A stretch of 31,923 bases of DNA, taken from contig NIVC01002118.1 in assembly GCA_002269645.1 (NCBI GenBank), positions 1 to 31,923 on the forward strand, given 5' to 3'. The DNA is from Macrostomum lignano (taxonomy: Eukaryota). The translations under genes were made by a program, and so were the position numbers. Below the pieces are notes generated by a model, which saw nothing but the letters and a program-made list of their open reading frames with translations, had not been told where the DNA came from and ran no database searches. Of this stretch, positions 12,101-20,200 are shown in pieces. Within the stretch, counting starts at the first letter, position 1. Each line of letters begins with the position of its first letter.

Positions 12101-14632
12101 GGCATATAAAAGGATTTGGAGATGTTCGTGGCGGCATATCAAAGCATTCGAGGTGGATTGTGGTGGCACATCAAAGGCTTGAAAAAATAGAAAAAAAACA
12201 CATGCACTTGTAATCACGATTCTAAAAATTGCTAGCTCGGCATTGATCGTCATTTGATCGGCAAGATAAGGCACCAATAGGAGCTAATTGAATCTTACCT
12301 GCGGGCTCTGAACGAACTGATGAAATCCGGCCACGGCGACCTCCACGTGTCCGGCGCGCCACTCGGTAATTTTGTCCTGCCACTGGGCGCGCATCCGGCG
12401 CTCTCTGTCCAGCTCGGACATGACCAATCGAGCGTTGAGGTCCGCGAAGCTGCGCTGGTTGCCCAGCAGGGTCTGGTTCATCTGCACAGCCTCGTCGTCC
12501 ACGATCCGGTGCAGCTCGGCTGGCGCCAGGTGGCTGACGCGTTCCAGGACCTCGCTGTAGGAGTGGAACACCCGGCGGATCTCGGTGACCCGGTCGGACT
12601 CCAGGGCTGGGGGCGGGGTTTGAGGCTTGAAAATCATTCAAAACGCGCGCGAAATATTTCCCAGGAAATTGAGGTTTCAGAATGCACTTATTTCGATGAG
12701 TATGCGATGCATGAGATTTCCAAGACACAGAACATCCAGAATTAATGACTTTAATGAAATTAAGCCTTTCGAGTGCGTTTTCTTAGAAATTAAGCAGCCG
12801 ATCTAAATGTAAATAAGATGAAAGATTTCCAGGAAAGACGTGCAGCTCATTGCGAACTTATTTCCCGAAACACCACACTCTACACGGGGGAGAAGTGGGG
12901 ACTCGAATCTTCCAATAAAATTGTACATTTAACAAAATAAATCATCCAGGATATGGGAAGTTCTGAGATGTTTGGATGACATTTGTAGAAAAATCTGCAG
13001 ATGATATGAGTTCTGAAACCCGGCACCGCTCACCCAGCAGGTCTTCGTCGAGGCTGCCGATGGCGTTGCGTCTATCGGCGAAGACCTCCGCGACGCCCTG
13101 CCACAGGCCGAGCAGCTGGTGCTGGTCCAGCGCCATCAGTGACTCGTTGGTCGCCAGCGGGCTCAGCCGACGGTCCAGCTCCTCCTCGAGCTTGGCCAGC
13201 GTCTCGTGTAGGTTCTGGCAACGCTGGACAATCAGCGGCTCAAAGGAGACGCCGACCTGATAGAGCTCCTGGTGCATCTCCTCCAGTGTGAGGTTGTGTC
13301 GCTCGCGTCGCTTCTCTTTGATCCGGTCGATCACGTCGGAGCGCAGTTTTGACGGTCGGACCTGGGATGTTGGTGTTTGAAGAAGACCGATTATGAATTC
13401 TCCGACATCCCTCAGAGCAGAGCGGGTGAACCTGCCCTAATTTGAGATTGAGTACACCTGCCCTAATGTGCAGACGTGCAACCGACAGCTCAGCCGCAGC
13501 TATTACGCAGCGCATCTGAAGGATGCGTACGGCTGTTCAGTTGAAGGACCTGGAAGTCACCACACATGCACACCCTCACTTACCCCCAGCTAATGCTGGC
13601 ACCCATATTACAACTGAACTGATGCAATGCAGAGTTAAGTGTCTTGCTCAACGACACAAATTGTTCCAAGTGGGTCGAGAATCGAACCTTCGACCTTTCA
13701 GTTGTTTAAGTCAGACACTCTAAACACTCGGCTACAACCCCTCTAGACTACGACCATAGGCTACCAACTTAAGGCTATAGAATGAAACAAAAAATTTATA
13801 GTAGAGTCACACGGACATCGGACATCCGATCGGACAGAAACACCAATCTCGACTGTCTACATGCACGAGAGTACTTGCAATACTCAATGATCTGCATTAC
13901 GACTCTTCGGCGAGATTAAAATGCTTATTTAAAACTCCCATTCAACTGCTTAGCGTCTTGAGTCACGCCAAGTGCTGTTGGTCTTTATGGCCTTTCTTTA
14001 GCCGAGTGGCCCGACAAACTATCGATTTCAGTGGGTTCGGCCCGGGGCTTTTGCTTCCGTATCCATGATGGTGCTCAAGTTTTCGGTGTCCTACAGCCAG
14101 CTTGAAAGTTTCAGCTCACCTGATCGGGCAGGTCGGCCACCTCGGTGGCGTGCTGGCCGGACTCGGTCTCGGCCGACACCAGGTCCAGCCACTCCGCCGT
14201 CTGCCTGGCCACAACCGGGTTCTCCGTGCGGCCGTCGTTCTCCAAGGCGCGCGTCCAATCGGCCTGACGGCCGGCCAGCATGCCGCGGCTGGTGGCTGGG
14301 GCGGCGTTGCGGACCACCGGCAGGCTGAGGTCCCGGGAGGACTTCACCTGCTTCACGGCCGGCTTGTTCTCGCGCCACCACCGGGTGCCGGCCAGCTGAT
14401 CCGTGAGCTGCACCTGCGCCTCGAACAGCTGGCGGTAAACTTCGTCGTTACGCAGAACTTTGGAGCCATCGACGGGCGCTGGACGCTTTTGCTGCAGGCT
14501 GGTGTGGCCGCTGCGCGTGTTGCCCGACCGCTGCTGCGGCGCCGGCGGCTGCGGCAGCGACATGGCGGCGGCTGCTGGCTCGTCAAATCTGCTAGCGTTA
14601 GGCTGGGAGGGATGAGCCACCTCCACTTCCAT
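1..14632 (-). CDS. CCDC180: Coiled-coil domain-containing protein 180-like (ciliary; DUF4455 N-terminal region), multi-exon, 3' end outside window
   Basis: Manual splicing gives GT-AG exons 14632-14120, 13361-13034, 12606-12299, 11482-11305, 10798-10587, 10373-9954, (9132-9028), 7427-7344, 3501-3179, 2410-2054, 1634-1244, 1060-742, 535-260 and ~148-1. Phases match except at the last junction and inside 1060-742. Peptides resemble CCDC180 as I recall it: YRQLFEAQVQL, LRLHLHEPRARRAELDVHNVRAAEL, KLFSEGGNFCPEE, DLVFMEKVARWLTNTQVKIK. Confidence 0.88.
260..535 (-). CDS. CCDC180: CCDC180 exon 13
   Basis: Acceptor cctgcag|G, donor CAG|gtgagt; QQQIVRLPSTQP...LEMQSP. Confidence 0.72.
742..1060 (-). 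CDS. CCDC180: CCDC180 exon 12 (apparent 1-nt frameshift near 918)
   Basis: Acceptor tctcag|GTC (VKIKAEVS...). The first frame stops at 871-869; the shifted frame LHDIFDMFNDRSVYLNC runs to donor AG|gtaaat. Confidence 0.75.
1244..1634 (-). CDS. CCDC180: CCDC180 exon 11
   Basis: Acceptor acgcag|A, donor CAG|gtacgc, phase 2 to 0; LFSEGGNF motif. Confidence 0.88.
1825..2000 (-). mobile_element. 5'-truncated third copy of the SINE (tRNA head missing)
   Basis: Same 3' body and partial CORE, ending at cttgctcaag. Confidence 0.78.
2054..2410 (-). CDS. CCDC180: CCDC180 exon 10
   Basis: Acceptor cgcag|C, donor AA|gtaagc, phase 2 to 2; IRQNFLDFL...HNVRAAEL...ATKSA. Confidence 0.88.
2709..3029. repeat. 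29-bp minisatellite, ~11 copies (CCDC180 intron)
   Basis: Unit caacccatagtggaatcaggagacaccgc. Confidence 0.95.
3179..3501 (-). CDS. CCDC180: CCDC180 exon 9
   Basis: Acceptor tag|ACA (exact site uncertain), donor GC|gtgagt, phase 0 to 2; contains ILFTSRGSEFRVL. Confidence 0.75.
3615..4128. repeat. ~31-bp minisatellite, ~16 copies with length variants
   Basis: Unit ccctgaatccgcctctccgctcagcctcagt. Confidence 0.93.
5035..6957 (+). CDS. Alpha-arrestin / arrestin domain-containing protein (ARRDC-like), 2 exons (5035-5854, 5939-6957), ~612 aa, with Q/P- and G/S-rich C-terminal tail
   Basis: Arrestin_N-like motifs: VYSPGELLTGHVRLEL, LSPGEHVFPFACDLP, LPATFTGSYGNVSYLVKV. Arrestin_C-like: PRRAYDIGDNIFVNLNLINSS, IPPSGLPNSSIIGVRYWL. 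84-nt GT-AG intron 5855-5938 (A|gtaagt...ccaacag|AC) preserves frame. Confidence 0.9.
6330..6388 (+). repeat. Coding (CAGCCG)n hexamer encoding a QP repeat in the arrestin tail
   Basis: In frame with arrestin exon 2 (QQQPQPQPQP...). Confidence 0.9.
7344..7427 (-). CDS. CCDC180: CCDC180 exon 8
   Basis: 84 nt, phase 0-0, acceptor acttcag|GTG, strong donor GAG|gtgagt; VEKKKVKANLKPAELAKIKAAQEARLSE. Confidence 0.75.
7578..7870 (-). mobile_element. tRNA-derived SINE with MIR/CORE-like central domain (most complete copy)
   Basis: Minus strand shows an A-box-like TAGCCTAGTTG and a perfect B-box GGTTCGATTCC (7817-7807), then TGTCCTTGAGCAAGACACTTAAC...CAGCTGTAAAATGGG (7790-7729), which resembles the MIR CORE consensus. 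Two further copies are in this window. Confidence 0.8.
7855..8185. repeat. 15-bp minisatellite, ~22 copies, derived from the SINE 5' end
   Basis: Unit aggctacaacccctc is identical to the SINE terminus seen singly at 13729-13743. Confidence 0.95.
9028..9132 (-). CDS. CCDC180: Tentative CCDC180 exon 7 (acidic linker, possibly a cassette exon)
   Basis: 105 nt, phase 0-0, acceptor aatcag|TCG, weaker donor CAG|gttggt; SDSEEASEPDNAD...DAQQQ; no homology support. Confidence 0.5.
9271..9797. repeat. 23-bp two-variant minisatellite with ~69-bp higher-order pattern
   Basis: Units tcaggaggcgccacaactgtgtg and tcaggaggtgtcacagctgtgag in a recurring 2+1 order. Confidence 0.92.
9954..10373 (-). CDS. CCDC180: CCDC180 exon 6
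   Basis: Acceptor tcgcag|CGT, donor AAG|gtgagc, phase 0 to 0, 140 codons; RLFEANAKR...ADKKK. Confidence 0.85.
10587..10798 (-). CDS. CCDC180: CCDC180 exon 5
   Basis: Acceptor cttcag|AC, donor GAT|gtgagc, phase 1 to 0; ETNQKYLQQVYEDY...LEAMD. Confidence 0.85.
10900..11111. mobile_element. Putative MITE / non-autonomous DNA transposon (hAT-like ends)
   Basis: Imperfect 14-bp TIRs cagtggcctgcgca / tgggcacgccactg (12 of 14 match). Flanks attgagcc(c) and attgagtc resemble an 8-9 bp TSD. Confidence 0.45.
11305..11482 (-). CDS. CCDC180: CCDC180 exon 4
   Basis: Acceptor ctccag|GTA, donor G|gtaagt, phase 0 to 1; VQSPPSLESIL...VCKML. Confidence 0.85.
11505..12180. repeat. 32-bp minisatellite, ~17 good copies plus degenerate tail
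   Basis: Unit gtattcgaggtggatcgaggcggcacatcaaa; fills most of the CCDC180 intron 3. Confidence 0.95.
12299..12606 (-). CDS. CCDC180: CCDC180 exon 3
   Basis: Acceptor cccccag|CC, donor CAG|gtaaga, phase 1 to 0; LESDRVTEIRRVF...FVQSPQ. Confidence 0.85.
13034..13361 (-). CDS. CCDC180: CCDC180 exon 2
   Basis: Acceptor atcccag|GTC, donor G|gtgagc, phase 0 to 1; VRPSKLRSDVIDRIKE...DEDLL. Confidence 0.85.
13453..13743 (-). mobile_element. Second copy of the tRNA/CORE-like SINE
   Basis: Shares gtgcaaccgacagctcagccgcagctatt, ccagctaatgctggcaccc, gcaatgcagagttaagtgtcttgctcaa, gaatcgaacc and ggctacaacccctc with the 7.6-7.9 kb copy. Confidence 0.8.
14120..14632 (-). CDS. CCDC180: CCDC180 coding exon 1
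   Basis: ATG at 14632 (alternative ATG at 14563 in gccgccATG context), 171 codons, donor CAG|gtgagc, phase 0. Confidence 0.8.
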
Positions 14633-16870
14633 TGTGCCTGACTTATTGGGTCTCTCTGTGCAGTGGCTTAATAGAAATAGAGCTGCAGTGACCTAACAGC
14701 TCTGGGTTCTGTGGGAATGAATCAACTTAGGTTATTAAAATTCTGACCGGCCTAATCGAATCCTAAAATACCATGTGGGAGATTTTTCACCATAATTAAA
14801 AATTTTTTTACCAATATTAGAGCGCTTAAAATAAGGAAAAAATATTTGAAATATAACTTCATTAACCCTCAGTCAATTAAAAATAATATGAATCAAAAGC
14901 ATGCCTATACATGCACCCAAAAGGTTGTATTTCATTTCTACGAAAGTTACTTTTCCTTTTTTATGAATTAGGGCATAGTTTAGTTTCTATTTTTAAACTC
15001 AAGTTTGCATAAATGCTGCTGTTAAAATGATGGCAAGGAATAATATTAAAAAATAATTTCTACTAAGGTTGAAGGCCAATGCTTTTAACTCCTGAAAATT
15101 GATGCTGAGTTCTTAAAATTCTATTTTTAACATAAAGCATTGCAACATGTAACAACTTAAAAATGTAACATGAATTAATTGGAAATAATGTTAGGCAGCT
15201 GCAGGGCGGTCCGAAGACGCAGCGGGGAGGCGAGCGTCGCCCATTTCGCTAAATAATGTTAGGCAATACTAAACTCAAACTAATTGAAGTTGACACGGTA
15301 AATATGAACTTTAAAATCAAATTAAACTTATGTACTAATTAAAAAATGAACAGTGTTTTCCGTTTCGAGTTCGAGAGCAACATATAATCAACTAAACTGT
15401 TACATATTTCGACAGTGCTCCTTCTTCATGATCTTAATTTTCAAGTATGACTCGTATTGAATGATTCATTGAGAATGTTTGTATAGAAGTTTTGCTCTAT
15501 TGATGGCTAACAAACACAAAAAGCATTTTTATGAAGATGGTTATTTTTAGACACAAAATCAAGATTATTTGCGAACTATATCGTTTTTAGCGTCGATATA
15601 AAATAATTAAAAAACCTGCATCATTACGCAATTTAAATCTGCCGTTGTTGAAGCAGCGTCAACATCAACCACTAAGAGTTGTAAAGTAAATGTAAACGTA
15701 TCGATTGCAATAAAAACCTTAGAAAAACTATATACTTGCGCGTTAGACTTTGCGCTTTAGCGACAAATAATTATTTTAAAACTTTGTTTGTATACGTGAA
15801 ATTATCGCCGCGATGAGGCAAATTAAACATTTTAGATTTTTAATAAAATCTTATTTTTTTTCTTCGAATGCAAAATTTTGTGGATCACTGTAGCTGCTTC
15901 TGGTTTATGCTTTATATGCTTGAGTAAATAGTGTTTTCTGGCATTTCAGCATACTTGAGGTCATTGGAAAACACATTTTTCTGGTAAAATTTTTATTTCT
16001 TGTCAGTTGAACACTGTTATGTTATCAATGATTAATTGAAGGAAGTGTATTTTGACACTTATTCTAATGGTTTGGTGAAAGTTAAAGTACAATTTTCATG
16101 AAGCTATGATACTTATTCATGACACTTGCTACCTATAATCTTTTTATATATTCCTTTGAGTTATAGATAGGTTCACAGATAACTCTATAGCTTTATATAT
16201 CAATATCACAAAACTTTTATATTCTTGAGTTAAATCAAAGTTTTCGACATTTTGACAATTTGCTATAGTGCTAATAAAATAGTGTGCTGTGATCCAAGGA
16301 GCCAAATTTTGGTTCGAAGGCCTCTAAAATCCTTCTGTTACATTTGGTCCAAGTCAACAAGTACTAATGTAATGGTTTTATTTTAAGTTATAGATCTAAG
16401 ATATATCTATGATCTACTTATTAGTATTAGTATTTAATTTTAAAGGTTATCTATTTATTTTAAAATTGTAGCAGAAAATTGAATTGGGTTTCCCTTTGAA
16501 ATTTAGCTGCTATATTGAAAATTATACCAGTGCAATATCTAACTTTTGTAAGCTTTTATTATATCTAGAATATAATAAAAATTTTTTATTAAAATGCATT
16601 GTAACTGCTTCAAATAGTGAGATTAAAAATCGTATACCAAAGTACAGCACTCACAGAAACTGCCTTAATGGCATTTTTAATCAGTTTTTCACTTTTATAA
16701 GAATCTTTCAAGATAATTAAGAAAGTCCTTAAAATTTTTTATTTAAACTTTTTTAAAAACTGAATTGATTTTTTAGGGGAAATCTACATACAAATTGAAT
16801 ATAACTTCAGATTTGGTTCCCAGCAGTTCTACTTGCATCAGAACTTGTAAAAACAGTTTGACCAGCAACC
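14633..16870. promoter_or_regulatory. AT-rich divergent intergenic region between CCDC180 and V-ATPase a (contains both upstream regions)
   Basis: Start codons point away from each other 2.2 kb apart; no coding-like sequence; TSS positions not identifiable. Confidence 0.5.
15183..15265. mobile_element. 53-bp GC-rich insertion flanked by a perfect 15-bp direct repeat
   Basis: aaataatgttaggca at 15183-15197 and 15251-15265, around a GC-rich core in AT-rich DNA. Confidence 0.6.
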
Positions 16871-17293
16871 ATGGGCGACCTGTTCCGCAGTCAGGAGATG
16901 ACCCTCTGCCAACTGTTCCTGCAGGCTGAAGCTGCCTACGCCTGCGTGTCGGAGCTGGGGGAGCTCGGCCTGGTGCAGTTCCGCGACCTCAAGCCCGACA
17001 CCAACGCCTTCCAGAGGAAATTTGTCAACGAAATCCGCCGCTGCGACGAGATGGAGCGGAAGCTGCGCTACCTGGAGAAGGAGATCCGCAAAGACGGCAT
17101 CCCCATCCTTGACACCGGCGACAACCCCGAGGCTCCGAACCCGCGCGAGATGGTCGATCTGGAGGCCACCCTGGAGAAGCTGGAGAACGAGCTTCGCGAG
17201 GTGAACGCCTACGCCGAATCGTTGAAGAAGAATTTCCTGGAACTCACCGAGCTGAAGCACATCCTGCGCAAGACGCAGACCTTCTTTGAAGAG
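16871..17293 (+). CDS. ATP6V0A1: V-ATPase a coding exon 1
   Basis: ATG in caaccATGG context, 141 codons, donor GAG|gtgagc, phase 0. Confidence 0.95.
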
Positions 17294-20200
17294 GTGAGCG
17301 GGCGGTAGCGGTGTGGCTATTTGCAAAAGTACATCTGGAAACGGGTGGAATAATTCCCAGTCTGACTGGGGCATGTGCGATTCCCTCACATGAGCCCACA
17401 TTCCTGACTGGGGCATGTGCGATTCCCTCACATGAGCACACATTCCTGACTGGGGCATGTGCGATTCCCTCACATGAGCACACATTCCTGACTGGGGCAT
17501 GTGCGATTCCCTCACATGAGCACACATTCCTGACTGGGGCATGTGCGATTCCCTCACATGAGCACACATTCCTGACTGGGGCATGTGCGATTCCCTCACA
17601 TGAGCACACATTCCTGACTGGGGCATGTGCGATTCCCTCACATGAGCACACATTCCTGACTGGGGCATGTGCGATTCCCTCACATGAGCACACATTCCTG
17701 ACTGGGGCATGTGCGATTCCCTCACATGAGCACACATTCCTGACTGGGGCATGTGCGATTTCCTACCATGAGCACAGATGCCTGACCCAAGGAAATCCTT
17801 ATACATGAAAGACAAGTATAGTATCTTCTAATAGTCCTAAAAATAGTTTTTCGTGTTTTTAATTCTCTTTTCACCTACTGTAAGTAGTAAGCTTCAAAAA
17901 CAGCTACCAAAAAAGTAACCCTGGTCAAAACATCACATACTCGAAGGCGTTGCACGACCAGCACATGACCGAAGAGGCAGTCGGCCTCATGACCGAGGAG
18001 GGCATGATGGCTGGTGGTCAGGCAGCTGGCCTTCGACTGCAGTGAGTGCCTGGCTTTGTTGCTATGGCAACCTCGCATCACTCATACGTTTATAGAAAAT
18101 GCAATATATTAAATATTTAAATGTTGTCTACGTGTACCTCAATTTCCTTTTAGTTCGTCTTGAGAGAAGTAGACGATGTACTTTTGAATATTTTATTATT
18201 GTTGTTGCATTATTAGAATCCTAGTTTTTCAGTTTCAGTGTTGTCCTGCACTCTTTTGCATAAATTTATTGTCAATCCATTTTCTGTTGAGTGCTGCGGC
18301 CGCGGCTGCGGATTTCAGGTTGAGGAATCGAAGTAATTAAAAAGGGAAGATTTTGGATTGGAAATATTTTGGATTGGGAAGATTGTGGATTGGGAAGATT
18401 GTGGATTGGGAAGATTTTGGATTGGGAAGATTTTGGATTGGGAAGATTTTGGATTGGGAAGATTGTGGATTGGGAAGATTTTGGATTGGGAAGATTTTGG
18501 ATTGGGAAGCTTGTAGATTGGGAAGCTTGTCGATTGGGAAGATTGTGAATTGTGAGGTTTGTGGATTAGGAAGTTTGTGGATTGGGAAGTTTGTGGATTG
18601 GGAAGTTTGTGGATTGGGAAAATGGGGTAATTGGGAGGGTTGGGGATTTAAAAAGCTTGACACAATCGTTTTTTTTTATTTTAGAAACTTTATAAAGTAG
18701 AAAAAATCAAATTCTTAAGGCAATCAACGTAAAACCCTTGTGAGTTTAAGTTATGATAAAACAATAAATACTTCACTAGGTAGTATTGAGAGGATGTTGT
18801 AACCGTTTTCTTAAAAAAATGCTTTCAACAAGACTGAAAGCCTGCCCAGCGCAGAGGACCCAGCTGCGGGCATGGCGCAGGGCGGCTCCCAGCTGCAGCT
18901 GGTCAGCCTCCGAGGCGATGGCGACGCCACAAGAACTGCCTCAGATACTACTGCTGTGGATGGCGGCGATAGTAGTAATAATGGTGGCAGCGACATCGGC
19001 GGATTAAAGCATTTGCAGTTTGAGTGAGACCTGCAACTGACTGCTTGGGGAATCTTTGATGTGGCTTTTGCTGATACATAATGACTTTGATTTGTGATCC
19101 TCAGCTGTGCTGACTTTTATCCCTGGTACCAGTGCCTGTGTGTGCAGTGTCGGTGCCTGTGTGCAGTGTCGGTGCCTGTGTGCAGTGTCGGTGCCTGTGT
19201 GTGCAGTGTCGATGCCTGCGTGTGCAGTGTCGATGCCTGTGTGCAGTGTCGATGCCTGTGTGCAGTGTCGATGCCTGTGTGCAGTGTCGATGCCTGTGTG
19301 TGCAGTGTCGGTGCCTGTGTGCTGTGTCAGTGCCTGTGTGTAGAGTCTGTGTGCGTGTGTGTGCAGTGTCGGTGCCTGTGTGTGCAGTGTCGGTGCCTGT
19401 GTGCTGTGTCAGTGCCCGTGTGTGTGCAGTGTCGGTGCCTGTGTGTGCAGTGTCGGTGCCTGTGTGCAGTGTCGGTGCCTGTGTGCTGTGTCAGTGCCTG
19501 TGCGTGCAGTGTCAGTGCCTGTGTGTGCAGTGTCAGTGCCTGTGTGTGCAGTGTCGGTGCCTGTGTGCTGTGTCAGTGCCTGTGTGCAGTGTCAGTGCCC
19601 GTGTGTGTGCAGTGTCAGTGCCCGTGTGTGTGCATTTTTACACGATTTTACAGCAGGAATATTTTATTCGTTTGCGTTGGGCTCGCACCTTCATTACTCA
19701 TTTTAACCTCTGCAGTGCTCGGTGTGCACATCTTTATTTCACTTTGCTGGGCAAAGCTCTATTGAGACTGTTTTTACTTTTGTGCAGAAATTTAGCAATC
19801 TAAATATTCCTTTTATACCCACATCGTAAAGCTTTTTGTACAGACGGAGGGATCAAAACAGTTTAGAAGAATTTCCTTGGCAAAAATCAGCTAGCTGCTC
19901 AATAAAATTGGTAGAGTTCTCCTTCCTCCTTGGGATTGGGACATTGTGACATTGGGATTCCCCTTAGCAACCATAAGAAACTGCCCTTAGCAACCATATT
20001 GAATTTCCCTTAGCAACCATCATTTGACATTGGATTTCCGTTAGCAACCATTATCTAGCATTTGGATTTCCCTTAGCAACTAATGTCTAGCATTGGGATT
20101 TCCCTTAGCAACGATTATCTAGCATTTAGATTTCCCTTAGCAACCAATTACTACCATTAGATGAAAATCCTGTAGTAAATTCACAACGAACTCTAAAATT

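Noticed and set aside
16838-17815. 325-aa minus-strand ORF and ([14 protein letters not shown])n ORFs
   Set aside because: 42-bp repeat plus antisense shadow of the GC-rich V-ATPase exon 1.
19094-19803. Cys/Val-rich metallothionein-like ORFs
   Set aside because: TG-rich minisatellite; all three frames give similar low-complexity text.
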